Shown here: positions 51,567 to 64,000 of the stretch, piece by piece
Position numbering within the stretch: position 1 is the first letter of the stretch
Layout of the letters: each line of letters starts with the position of its first letter
Assembly: GCA_030390025.1 (NCBI GenBank)
Contig: CM059425.1
Coordinates: 160,952,001-161,016,000, forward strand
Source of the DNA: Squalus acanthias
Lineage: Eukaryota
Length of the DNA stretch: 64,000 nt
Direction: 5' to 3'
Program-made: the position numbers and the translations under genes
The notes under the pieces: model-generated
Databases searched by the model: none
Seen by the model: only the letters and a program-made list of their open reading frames with translations
What the model was told of the DNA's origin: nothing

Positions 51567-52798
51567 AGAATTTAGCACAACATTTAAAAAAGAAACTTTT
51601 TGTCGCTTTAAGCGGACCAACTAGCCTGCAGTATTGGCGAAACTGACGTTTTAAAAAGTGATCAGATTGTAAGAGAGCACTGCTAAATGTTAATAGAGAA
51701 AACGTGTTTTTAGAACTATCACACAGTGGGCCCTCTAAAGAACACTTGTATTCTGTGTCAATTCCCATTGCCTTTGTAGAAATAAGAGTTTTGGTCTGAG
51801 TGTCCAAGACACCTTTTTCTTTGATTTAAAAAAAAGTCTTCATGAACTCTGGAATTAGGTTGATTGAAGTTCTTGATTTGTGTTCAGGACTGACCTTGAT
51901 TACAGTTTTGTTTTGTTACTATAACCAGTTGCCCCCCCCCCCCCCCCCCCCCCTCATTGTCTCTGACTTTCCACGTGGAAACAAAATAGTTTTATTTTCT
52001 GTTTGTTCCCCCATCCCCCAAAACTCACCTCCACTCCCCAGTTTTTAACCATGTAACAAAACTTTCCTATCACTACTGCCAAGCCTGTTTACCTGTAGAC
52101 TTTTTAAAAAACGGAACACAACGTCTAGATCAAGTACAAGCGTTGTACTCTTGCAAACACGCTGTACTGTGGCGTTGTTCTGTGGGTATGATGAAATATT
52201 CTTGTAAAAAATGGTTGTTATGTTGGAACAGTTACAAAAGTGATATAAAAGAGATCTATCGCAGCTGTGTCTGTGTTATCTGTTCACTGGTGGTGTCGTT
52301 CTCTGCTCGGTGATCGACAAGATAGATTTTAGGGGACTCCCATCCCACAGATATATGGAAATTAATCGGCGGGGCCTTAATAATCATATATATGTATAAA
52401 TTCCTCATCATGTTCTAAATAATACCATTAAAGTGATGTGCTGGTTATATCTGGATAAAAATATTCGGAAGAAGATGTGAAAGAGCCCACCGCTTTCAGA
52501 CAGTGGAGATGTAAAGACTGCTGTGCCTTGCCTAGAGAAGGTTGTTGTAGATTTCAGTTGCTGCTTTCATTAATGTTTTATAATCCGGGTCAAAGCTCTA
52601 GCACACACTGTCATGGGAGAGCTTTCTTTAACAACTCTGCATCGAAATTAAACCTAACAGCCAGCCCAGAGTAAAGCAGCACGAGGCACATTGTGAATCC
52701 GAGAGAGTGGCTGGAAGTATATGTGTGTGTGTTGGTGGGAGTGAATGTATATTGTGCGTGTGTATATGTATGTGTGTGTGAGAGAGATGTGTCTGTTT

Positions 52799-52818
52799 TA
52801 TATATATATATATATATA
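52799..52818. repeat. (TA)n microsatellite, preceded by a GT-rich run
   Basis: tatatatatatatatatata. Confidence 0.9.
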
Positions 52819-55280
52819 TGTATGTTTTTTTTCATTTTCCTCTCTATGCTCTCAAGCTTTCTCTTTGCATTTAACGAGATCCTGCTATCTGGCCGCTTGG
52901 GGTTTTTAACATTCTAGTCGCAAAGCTGCAGGATACACAAGGCGATGGCTATAGACACTTTTAGATGGAATAATTAACGTGTAAATAGATTGTCTATGTA
53001 TGTTCTAATACACATGTATATATGCACCCACAACAGCAGTATGCAGTGACAATACACAAACATGCCTACACACACAAGTAAGATGAAGAACCAGAAAAAA
53101 AGAACTGAGACATTGCTGTGCACACCCTGGTTGCACTTAATATTATGGATATTTCAGGGTATTTTTTTAATTCTGATCAGCGCTGTTTCAGTGGGTTTGA
53201 CTACAACTTATTGTCTGTTGTCGCTATGAGCGTTGCCCCTAGGCCCCTCTTTCCTTCAACCCCGACTTTTACATTACCCTTTTACGGCCGCCCATCGACA
53301 TCAAAGCCCTAATAGATAATGATTTTTCATCGTTTCACCGTTAAATCCAATTAAAATACTGTTTAAACTTGTTAGCATAGAGTATGACAGGGGCGTCCTG
53401 TGGTATTTCATAACATGTCAGGAACTGTGGGGGATAGTAGTTGTGTTCCAAAATACAATTTTTTTCTATTTTGAAGCACTGTTTCTGATTACTTGTTTGA
53501 ATTCACTTATATAAACAAATCTATTCTATTTCATGGCTCTGTTTGTGAGACCTAAGACCTGATTCCAGCATGATATGTGGCGACTCAGTTCTCTATAATA
53601 CCGCGCGATTCCATTCTATATAGATTAATAGCCTTGATGTTGTCTGTGATGATATTAAACACGCAGCTCTGACACTATGTAAATACTGCACGCCACTTTC
53701 TTTTTGCTAAAGACATATTTGTACATTGAGTACAGATTGTTTAATAACTGATGGAGTCTTTTTTTTACTGCCACCTGCTTTTAACCTGCGCAGACATTTT
53801 GTGAGGATGACGCTATCTTAACCCAGTCCGTTCTAAACTCCCTACTGATAATTATCTTTTTTTTGTTATTATTTTTAATTTACATTTCCTTTTTAAGAAG
53901 TACAACTGAGCAGCTATCTCGGAAGGTTTTCCAAGGAATAAAATTAATTGGAATATTCAAAGATTATCAATCCTTTCAAAAACTAAAGTGCAGATCACTG
54001 TTGCAGAATATTAATGTTTAACCTGGAACTGAATGTTGATTTCAACTTTAGATGCCTGAAATTGACACTTTTGTGTTGCAGTTGGCTCAATGTATTGTGT
54101 TTCAGTCGAAGTAAAACACTGATTGTATTGGAGATGACGAGCATATTTATTATTAAAGGTTGCCCTTTTCTTCTTGGCGAAATTGCAGCCCAGTCCAGTA
54201 CTTTAATAATATGTGAAACCAGGCTCATTTAACGCAGATGGTAGCAAACAAATATGGCGGCCTTTAAAGGCTTTTACATACATTTAAGAAAACGTTTTCT
54301 CCTGTCCAGTTCCAGCCCTTGTGAAACAGCAAAGTCAAAGCCTCTTGGAGACATAATCTATAGCTTCTATCATCATAATTCATTAAACAAATCTGAAAAC
54401 TTTGCAGTGTGTGGTCAAGTATTAATGATCTGAATAGTACGTGGATTATACTTCCGTATCCTAGAGGTTATCCTCTAGTTATTTATATTTGTATTATTTA
54501 ATTTTTGTACTCTGTGTACCACATTGAGTTTTATATCAAAATGGTGAAATTTTAGTGTAATAAATCACTTTTCCACACACTACTGTTTACACATTTAAAT
54601 GCTGCTTTCTGTTCCTTCTCTATTTCAAATAAATTCCTCTGCAAATGATTTTATTTCTATTGTAGTCATATTATTTGTTTTCTTCCCCAATAAATTCTTC
54701 TGTAGTTAAAAAATAGGATTTTCAAATTATTTCACTGAAAAAGGATGTAATATGCTATGAGGTTGTGAATTTTACCCATTGACTTTCCAGCATGGTTAAT
54801 ATGAGAGGGTGGAATGGTGTTACGCCCCAGGAACAAACTCTGAATAAAACTAGACCCGCAATTAAGAAAAAGACGGTTGTTTTATATCAGAATATTTCGA
54901 GGTTTCTCAAATTAAAATGATCCAAAGGTCCAGAATGCGCAAGAAGGGAGTTGTGGAAAAGTAAGGGTTGCCAGAGCTTTACATTTCAGCAACAGAAGCT
55001 GAAAAGCTGGCCTTTTGGTTGGAAGGGGGTGGGGCGGTTGGAGGGGGGCTTATATTGCTGTCAATGCATAAATTAATCTGAAAATGAGTATGAACAATTA
55101 AACGCAGGAAAAGTGTATGTGTTTAACTATGATGTTAGTGTACTTTTAATAAAACATGAAACCAGCTGTATATTGTTCGTGTAATAAATCATGTGCAGTT
55201 TGCAAAGATGTTTTATTCTTTCATGAAGCGTTACACTTCTAATTTTTAAAAGAGCAAAGACAAATTTGAGAGCTGTTGGA

Positions 55281-55760
55281 TGCAGAATTCCATCTGTTTT
55301 CCCTTTTCAGTATTTGCCCTGAATTATCACAAACATTATCCCTCAATCTCTTTTTGCCCGAATTTTCTTTTAAACCCGCCGTCTGGTCTTTCGCCCTGTT
55401 TCTGTTTGAATTTTCTTTAACACGGGGTCTGGATTCTACTTTCTCAAACACAATCTTCCCTTTATTGGTTTCTCCGAATTGTCATTGAGCACACAGCCCT
55501 GTCTCTTTGCCTTCTTTTGCCTGATTCTCCCCTCAAGCATTGCTGGCTCGTCTCTTTCCCTACTTTGCCTGAATTCTCTCTTTTGGTCTCTCCATTCCTT
55601 TAAAACCCGAATTCTCTTCAAACACTTACTCGGTTCCTTTTTTTGTTTGATTGTCCCTTAACTGCACGATTTTATCTCTTTTTGTCCGAATTTTTACTTT
55701 CGAACGCACTACCTGTCCTATTCTGCCCCTTTTTTGCCTGGCTTCAGTTTTTCAAACGGG
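55281..55760. repeat. Degenerate pyrimidine-rich repeat, ~11-12 units mostly 36-52 bp apart
   Basis: Recurring TTTGYCYGAATTYTC...YAAACRC-like motif with GAATT/GATT cores at 55285, 55321, 55360, 55408, 55431, 55476, 55523, 55571, 55609, 55649 and 55688. Confidence 0.6.
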
Positions 55761-58700
55761 TTGTCCAGTCTTTTTTAAATGGATTTGAAGCTGCTGTTTG
55801 TTTAAAAAATCAAAAAGGGACTCCCTTAGGGATCTAACTATGCAAAGGCTAAGCACTGTCTGCCCGTCGTTTGAAACATTTCTTTTAAATAACTGTGTTT
55901 ATTACAGTTCCAGTTGAGTGAAGTGAATTTATTTTCATTCCACCTGTCCATCTTCACCGCTTAACTCGGCCACTTCTTTTGCACCGTTTGAGCACGTTTT
56001 AAAAAAATAACAAATTAAAAAGATATTTGATCGGCCTGATTTTAAGCTGCAGAGCGAATCTGTTGATGTTGTATTCAATATGGTTTTGGAGAAAGCGAGG
56101 TCTTGAGATTAATCCTGAAAAGTAGTTTGTTTTAAAAACACTACTTAAATTGAACGCCCCCCCCCCCCCCCCATCGTGTTTGTCTAAAAAGGTGGTTTTA
56201 TTTTACAAGCAGATGTCATTTGTCAAATAGGAAAAGTATGTTTACCTTCTAATACATTCCCATTTAACTTCTCGCATTTCCAAACCTCAAGTATTTTCAC
56301 AAAACAAATCTATTAATCTCCATATGTGCACCAAAGTTAGGGCCTGTTCAGATTTTTCACTGCTGAGCTGGTGACCATTGTAATTGACTGACGTTTGGAT
56401 TTAATGGCAAAAATGTGGGTGAAGGAGTGGAAACTAATAAAACTCTTTTTTTTAAATAGCGATTGCCCTGGGTACATGGCGTCTCCGTGTCTTTCACTTA
56501 GAGAGCCAAGAGTTTTATTCCTAAATGAGTTAAAGACCCATTTACCGATGTCGTGTTCTATTCATCAACCTACAAGTCGAGAGTCTTACATGAAACTATT
56601 TGTTTGCTTACACAACCAGCTGGGCGCAATTTCACGTCTGAGATATCTATCTGAAAGCGACTCTCATTTATTATCCCCACTTGTCAGGGAATACGTTTCA
56701 AACCCTGCACCGAAGAATCCGAGTTCCAGCGTCCACCCACCCCATAAAAATATCAGCCTAAAAAAAAGTTCACATCGCACATTTCACTATCTGTACAAGA
56801 GAGTACACAAGTGCACAGCCCAGAGTCTTGTCATGTCAGCTATTGGGGACTCCATTGCACCCTCCCTGGCTTATTCTCTGATTGAAGAGAGGCACATTCG
56901 CCATTTATTTGCACTTAGGAAAGAAGGCCACTGACTTTCAGACAAAAAAAAGTTTACTTGCCGCCAGTTCTCAGACAAACATAAAAAGCAGCCTGTCATT
57001 TTCTGGATATTTAATTAATCGAAACATTGTGTTAGCTTGAGATCTTCTGTATCTATGTTATGAATCATTGTCCATTCCATGATGCCTTCTATAAAATATG
57101 CAACATCAGTGGCTTGGCATCATATAAACAGTTCAGGGATTATTAAAATGTCTTAAGAAATATGGACCAGCCGCGTTAACACTGTAGGCAAAAGTGTGGG
57201 CTGGGGAGGGGGGTGGTGGGGGGGGGAGCCTTGTTAAGATGTATGTGAGGTTGCAATGTCATTGTCAAGCAACATGAAAGGATTTCTAAAAATGCTCAGC
57301 AATGATATGTATTTCCTGATGTATTATTAATAAAAATGAATTTATATAACCATCGTTTACATTGTTGACAAATTGATTTAAATAAAAATGTTGTACTGCA
57401 AAATAAAACAAGACTATGTGGGTTTCTTTCTCTCAGTAGACCAAACACAACCGGGCTATCAGGGACAAGTCTGTTAGCAGGCAAGATGATGGCTGTATAA
57501 TTGTGTATATATCTTCCTGTCTACAGAGTCCTAGATCAAGCTGAGGCAATGGATCAAATGAAAGCTACGGGATATAAAATATCCCAATCGTGAAGGGCGT
57601 TTTCCAAAGTGGGTAGTGGGATGGCTTCTGTAAGCGAACCGTTTGTGTTGATTTAGGAAGACGTTTGCTGTATATAACATTCAAGGCTGATAATATCATT
57701 GCTCGCCCAGATAAAGCATTGCCCAAACCATTGGGTCAGCTATCGATCCCTGTGCACACACACAGCTCCAGTCTTCACTGCAAAGCCTCATTAGCATTCT
57801 CGGCCCATGGACCTGCATTGACAACTAACAGAGATATCTATGTCCTCACTATTTGTTCTCTCATTCCGTCTTCATTTTTCTTTCTGCGGGGGCTCAAATT
57901 TCCACACATGTTGCAAATAGTGTTTTATGGTAGAAATAATAATCGATGCAGTTTGGAGGAGAACGCAGCAGTGTCGCTGAGCTGCACAGAACACGTGTGT
58001 ATGTGGCCTACATGATATTTCGCCTGGATTTGTCGTTTTCAGTTTCTAGGCTGATCATCACATGTTAAATGAATGAAATGAATAAAGCAATCAGAGCATT
58101 TTTTGGCACCAGGCATTAAATTGTGGTTTCACACGCTGTGTGACGCTGCCCATTTCTTCAGCTGTCACTATTTCGTCTGAGTTTCCCCTCATTTGATTTC
58201 CCATTAATAACTGCACTCATTACATAAGGACGGGATCATTATAAACCAAGTCAGCAGCAATGTGCTGAATCTGGGAAGGTACTTCACATTTTACCGGAAC
58301 ACATGGTCGCTTTAACCGTGCACTTGTAAACAATTTATTCTGTGCTGTCCTTTCTTCACTTTAACTGTTGCAGGTTTTAACCGTACTCAATGTCTTTGGG
58401 TGAACAACCCAATCAACATAGAATTGAAGCAGAATTCTCCCAAGTTTGCAATACACGTTGCCCAGGGTGTTCTGAAAGGATAGCAATTATTGGATATAAT
58501 TTTTTAAAACAGAGATTCTTATCGCTCAGAAACTTCTCTTCCAAGTTTTTTTTTTGTTTCTCTAAGCCTTGTTCCTCGCTTGCTTTGTTGTTTTAAAATA
58601 TGCATGTCGCTCAGGAATGCAAGTCACGAGTCCAAACTTTGTGTCCAACCTCCCACATGAAATGATCCTTTTATAAGGAACCCGATATGTCTCAATCTGC

Positions 58701-58954
58701 ACTTAACTGAGAGCCTTTGGGTATGGGGCGCGCAGTCCCTTCTCAAAAAAAACACAGCACCGAGATTCTATCCAAAACCCCAGGCTTTTTTTTTCACAGG
58801 GAAGAAATCTAGCACACATAATTAAAGGAGGCAGCGGCCAGAGGGGAATGTCTGCAAAAAGTAAGAGTTTTATTTCTTTTGAGATTGGATTTAGGTTGTC
58901 ATTAAGTACAAATTTATCAACACGTGGCATTTGCATCTCAGTGATATTTGTATA

Positions 58955-58991
<37 letters not shown>

Positions 58992-61900
58992 GGCAGGCCG
59001 AGATGGAAAAAAAGGCTGCAAAAAAGCGAGGAAGAACAAGGGAATTGATTTATAGCACTGCGATTATGGAATAATGACTAAGTGAATTCACAAGGATACA
59101 TATTTTTGAAAAAGTATAAATTGGTATAAGAAACGGTTCTAAAAATACTCTAAAAAAGAAAATAAAAGATACGAACACAAGTGAAAAGCAAGGAGATGGG
59201 GGAAAAGAAGGGCTTTTGTTTGTAGACCCGGGGTTCAGTGAATGGTAAAGTAAATGGAAATATGCAGATGATAGAATAAGGGCAGAGTGGAGAGGTTTCA
59301 CTTGAAGATCTGACAGGCACAGGAGATGCTCTCGGCTGGAGTTTCTCTGCAGCCTCAGTACAGCGAATGTAAACAGAATAAAACCTTTAACAGTCAGTGG
59401 GAATGTCAGGAGATTCCTTCTGCTGTACACTCTGATCAGCAACAGTGACGTCAATACATTTTAAAGACATCCTCTACAGAGCACAGATGTGGACATATTT
59501 GTTTCAATAAATATGTAAAAGGTCTCCTTCTTGCATAGGCCGCACTAAGTATGTAGGCAGAGATGTGGTTTGGACCATGGTGTGATTGATGTGACACCTT
59601 TCCTTATTTTCACTACATTCACATGTGGAAAACTTAACATGAGTAGAGGACTTACTGGGGCTGCTCACACCTGGGTTTTCTTCAATAGTGCCGGAGCGCT
59701 TCGAGTACACAGCAGCCAGTCTGTGACTCTGACTCCATGATCAACTATCTCTTTAAATGTTATTTGGAAACATTCTGTTGCAATTATACACCATGCTGAG
59801 ACCAATTTTATTAGTGGCTTGTTTTAATGCAGCCACATTGCTAAGTCACCAGCGCTTGTATTTCATAACGGTCTCTCGCTCCCTCTATAGATTAATACAT
59901 ATATACAACTAACCCGAATACTGGACTGTCACCATCCAATCACATACAGTGAATTAAAATTTCAATCTGTTTACTTTTTCCAATAAAATAGTTGTTTAAC
60001 TGCGCACATATTTGTGAATTGCATTGTTCGTTAATGCAAATAGAAACATGATTACATATTGGGAGATAACTAAATCTAGAAATAAACTACACATACAACA
60101 GATAACGTTTTCAATGAGGACGAAGGGACACGCGATTTACATTTGAACATTTTAATAATTTCTCCCGAGGTAAAAATCACAGATGCTTGTTTGATAGATC
60201 TGATTTGCACTCCAGTTTCTCTTGAGTTTAATATATCTGAAGTAACAATCATTTAGCAAACAATATGGGCGGACTGGAACATTTCCAACGTAATACATGT
60301 ACCCAGTCACTGTATGAAACGTGCAAAAATAACATCTGCCTTTCTGCAATGACATGTGCGAGGTAGGTCTATTGTAAATGTTGAATCGTTTTAAAGGGAA
60401 GAGGAATTGATGAACTGGCACACATACGTTTAGTACATTCAGGACAGTTTTATGACATAAAGCTGGAACCATTCATATCGTCCTTTAGATTTAATATTAC
60501 ACAAACCCAGAAACCCAGTGTTGCTATATCGGAGCTATAACAGAGAGAGGAGAGAGGGAGATTTTTAAAGTATAAACTACACCATAACCAGCAAATGTTC
60601 AAATGTGAATTTGCTTTAATTTAATTGCACATCAGGACAGACAGGCGTGGAGCTGTGTGAATGATGTTGTGGTTAATATTCTTCTAATTTAGAATTTATT
60701 TACCTAATTTCTCAGCATGGCTCCTATTTTTCTTCATAATGGATGGCTAGAGTGTTTTGTTAGATTTTTTTCGTCTTCACGTTTTAGCTGCAGTGTTACA
60801 GATTGAACGTGTAGCCAGCAATACATCATGATATAATCAGTCCCCCTCCCCCTTGCGAAGGGGGGACGCGGACTCTTACTAATTCCCCAATATGTCTACA
60901 ATAAAAGCCGTGCAGCCTTTGGTGAATTAGTAGCCTCAATGTTTCGCAGATGTGCCACTTAGACCAGAACTTGACCCTCTGATTCCCTCGTAAATAATCC
61001 ATTACTAAACGTTCCCGTCAACATACATTTTCCTGCATAACCAAGCAAGTCCGTAAAAAAAATAGAAAGAATGAAAAACAAACAGAAAATACCTTCAACA
61101 GCACATTGCCAGCGAGGCTTTTTTAAAATATAGATGCGCCAGGTAATGACTCTTTGCCGGCCACATCCCACACTTTAATATATTTTGCTTATTGCTGATA
61201 TTGAGTCAGCCATATTTAATTTTAATTCATAGAGAGACTTGCTATAGAGCGAAGCAGCAACAGTCGATAAAAATCCTACAAGCCCGAGACTCGAACGCTC
61301 CAGGGAGGACATCACTAGCTGTTTGGTAGCACTTTGTGGCCTACATACCGTTGCTATGATTACAGAAGCACCTCGTTTTCTTGTAAAAAGCCAAATCTTT
61401 AATCTTTGTAGCATGTTGCCTTAAAGCCAGCCCGGACCGAGGTTTGTTTAGAGTGAGAGTGAGTGAGCGCTGTGGTTGTGGGGAGGGGGAGAGGGAAGGA
61501 ATAGCCCTTTTCTGAGTGACATGACCTCTCTGTTCAAAGGCCAAGCAAGAAATAAACGCTCCTAATCTGAATGGGGCGAATTTTTTTGCAGGTTTGAAAC
61601 CCTTTCTTTTGAAATGGGATGAATTTAGAGTCAAGGAGCAGTCTTTCTTACTCAACATCGGAGCATTTAAGGAGGTTCTAAGAACATACTTGCAAAGGAC
61701 GTTGTCTGTTTTGCATTTTTATGAAAATTAATTCTGTGTACGTTGACAAAATCATTAAAATTATGTTAGCAGACATCACGTGGGGGGTTCTAGGGACAGA
61801 CTGGACACAGGGTGGACAGAGACAGCAGGGGCATGCACGCTTTAAGACAGGGGGTCTTTATTAAGTTGGAGCATTTAGAGAAAGAAAAACGAATATCTTA

Positions 61901-64000
61901 CAAAGCTCTCACTATACTACTGACAACAAAACCTGTCAGATCTTCGCTCTCTGTTACTAGAAAGGAGACAGTGTCCTCATGTGAACACCTTTCAAGGCGC
62001 TATTTAGAGACGTCTTTGTGAATACTCACTTTCTGAAAGGGAGTCTTAAGTACAAAGGGCAGCTACGAAAATTCGCTCAAACTAAAGTTTATAAGAAAGT
62101 TTCATTCACAGTTTAACCAGCCTTTGTGTTATCACGATTATTTAACTTCAGACCGATACTTCCGAGTAGTCTTCTCATGTTTGGTAACGATTCAAATGCT
62201 GCACATATTTCAAATATTCTTTCCGTGGAGGACGAGAAAAAGTTTTAAAAAAAATCTGACGTGTCTGTGGTTATTCTTTCCTATTCATTCAGACAGTTGA
62301 ACTCGGTTTACTAATTGTTGCTCTTCGGATTATACATTAACGGCCCTCCGAACTTTGCACGTGACTGCTGTGTGAAAATTTAACTCACGCTTTCCATAAC
62401 ATTATACAGACAGCACAAGGAAGGACAAAGGACAGTTTAATAAGCTATCACTGGACAGAAGGAATGTGGTGGTTTTAATAAGAAACAAGAGGAGGAGGGG
62501 GGAGCTAAACATTCAGGTGAAGTTCAGTTTTTATGAACCACATCAAAGTAAGTTTGAAATCCCCTGCGTTCAGCACCACGTAGATTTCGTAAGTGGGGAT
62601 GTTTGATATATAGATGAGAGTGTTAAGGTAAGGCGTGGTGTCACAATGCACTCTTGTTAACAGTATACAATTATACACTGCAAGACTGTACAGCAGAGGC
62701 AAGCATGCACCTTCAATTTAAGCTGTAATTCTTTATTCATCTCCTGCAGAATATTTAATGTACAGATTGCCTAATATGGAATTGCAAATATTACAGCGCC
62801 GGCAGCACGAAGTTAACACCTTTTACTAAAAGGAACATTTCGACAGGCGTTAAGCAGTCTCTTTATATTGTTTGCAATTGATCTCACTTCTGTTGCCTTA
62901 TCTTTTTCTGTAACATTCTCCATTCATTTGCCAACAATACTTCAAAACACCAATAAAACGAAAGGAGAAATCAAACAATTTCTGCACGATTGTGAAACAA
63001 TTAATGGCAGTTGTCACGTAATCATTAGAAGAATATTTTCTGACGTTCTGAAGAAATAAAGCTGAGCGCCGCTGGCATCTATGCTCTTTGCTTTTTAATA
63101 CTATAAACCGCTGTTAATCCACACTGCATTCACTGTGTTATAAAAAGACTGGTGTACAGTTATACTGATATTGTCTTGCCTCTTAACTGTGAACCTATTT
63201 TGAAATCTATATGTATTCGAAGCTTAAAATGTGACTTTCTTTACATGTTAGTGAACCAGTTTGGATTTTTTTTAAAGAGGCTTTAGGTGAAGGTTATTGA
63301 CATTGTCGCTATAAAATTGCAGCAATTTGCTCAGTATGCTACTCAACATAATGTTGAATCTCATTCTCTCTGTGCTGTGACTTTTGAGATGGGGAGAATG
63401 TAAGTAAATGCTTATTGTTTTAAAGGAAGTGTTTGCTTGCATTGGATTCACACATGGGATTTATCACTGGTGTCTGGTCAAAATAATCACACAATATGAA
63501 CGTGTCCTTCCTTTGCTTAAATACCTCGAAGGAGAAAATAAGGATAATTGCCATAGGAACAGTAACTATCAGTCTTGAAACAAGCCTTTTGGTGGCCAGT
63601 ATTTCTGAATTTATAGTTCTCTTTTCATTCCTTTGTTCAGTCGCTTTTTTTCCATATCTGCTAAATAAGACTCCACGACATGCTTTCCTGGCGCAGTTTG
63701 ATGACCATTTAAGTCAATTTAAGCAAGCTCCTGGACAACATAGCACTAAATGTATCACTGTGTAATATTTGTGGGAATTTTGTCTCCATTTGAGTAGACG
63801 AAGGAACAAATTATTAAACTCATATATGGAAGTTCGTGACTCCGGTTGTGTAAAATTATTACTTAAAAAAAAACTTGAGCCATAAACCATTCCAGCACAG
63901 TACAGTACAAAACAGAATAGAGTCTGATTCTAAGGGAATCAGATGCGTTACATCAGTTATGTCACTGTGCTGCTAACAACTTTAAGATGAAATAATTATA

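Noticed and set aside
55281-55760. CRISPR-like repeat-spacer appearance
   Set aside because: Vertebrate context, degenerate repeats, irregular low-complexity spacers and no cas genes.
56395-56934. 179-aa ORF downstream of NR2F1
   Set aside because: TTG start, no recognisable domain and no convincing splice boundaries; probably chance, though not formally excluded.

Overview
Vertebrate genomic DNA, most likely from a cartilaginous fish. This is inferred from the repeats: tRNA/Deu-type SINEs, a V-SINE fragment, and CR1 LINEs with (TTCTTATG)n or (TTTCTATG)n tails. The window has two sharply different halves. (1) About 1-33.7 kb is CpG-poor and dense in transposons: CR1 and L2 LINEs, SINEs, many GGG...CCC-ended Harbinger-type MITEs, a 3.9-kb Harbinger element with a Myb/SANT remnant and two nested LINEs, and a Tigger/pogo remnant. 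Between these repeats lies a chain of + strand exon-like segments with consensus splice sites and largely compatible phases (4979-33732). They look like an unrecognised, decaying multi-exon gene. (2) About 33.7-64 kb has no transposon I can recognise and becomes CpG-rich from about 36.5 kb. It holds a complete three-exon nuclear receptor gene, NR2F1/COUP-TFI (CDS 47366-47816, 48533-49060, 50761-51035; 417 aa). The gene has a TATA/CArG-Inr-DR1 core promoter, a long 5' leader with uORFs and a consensus splice donor, several enhancer-like blocks, and an unexplained degenerate ~40-50 bp repeat downstream. All calls were made by eye. Repeat boundaries are approximate and no database search was run.
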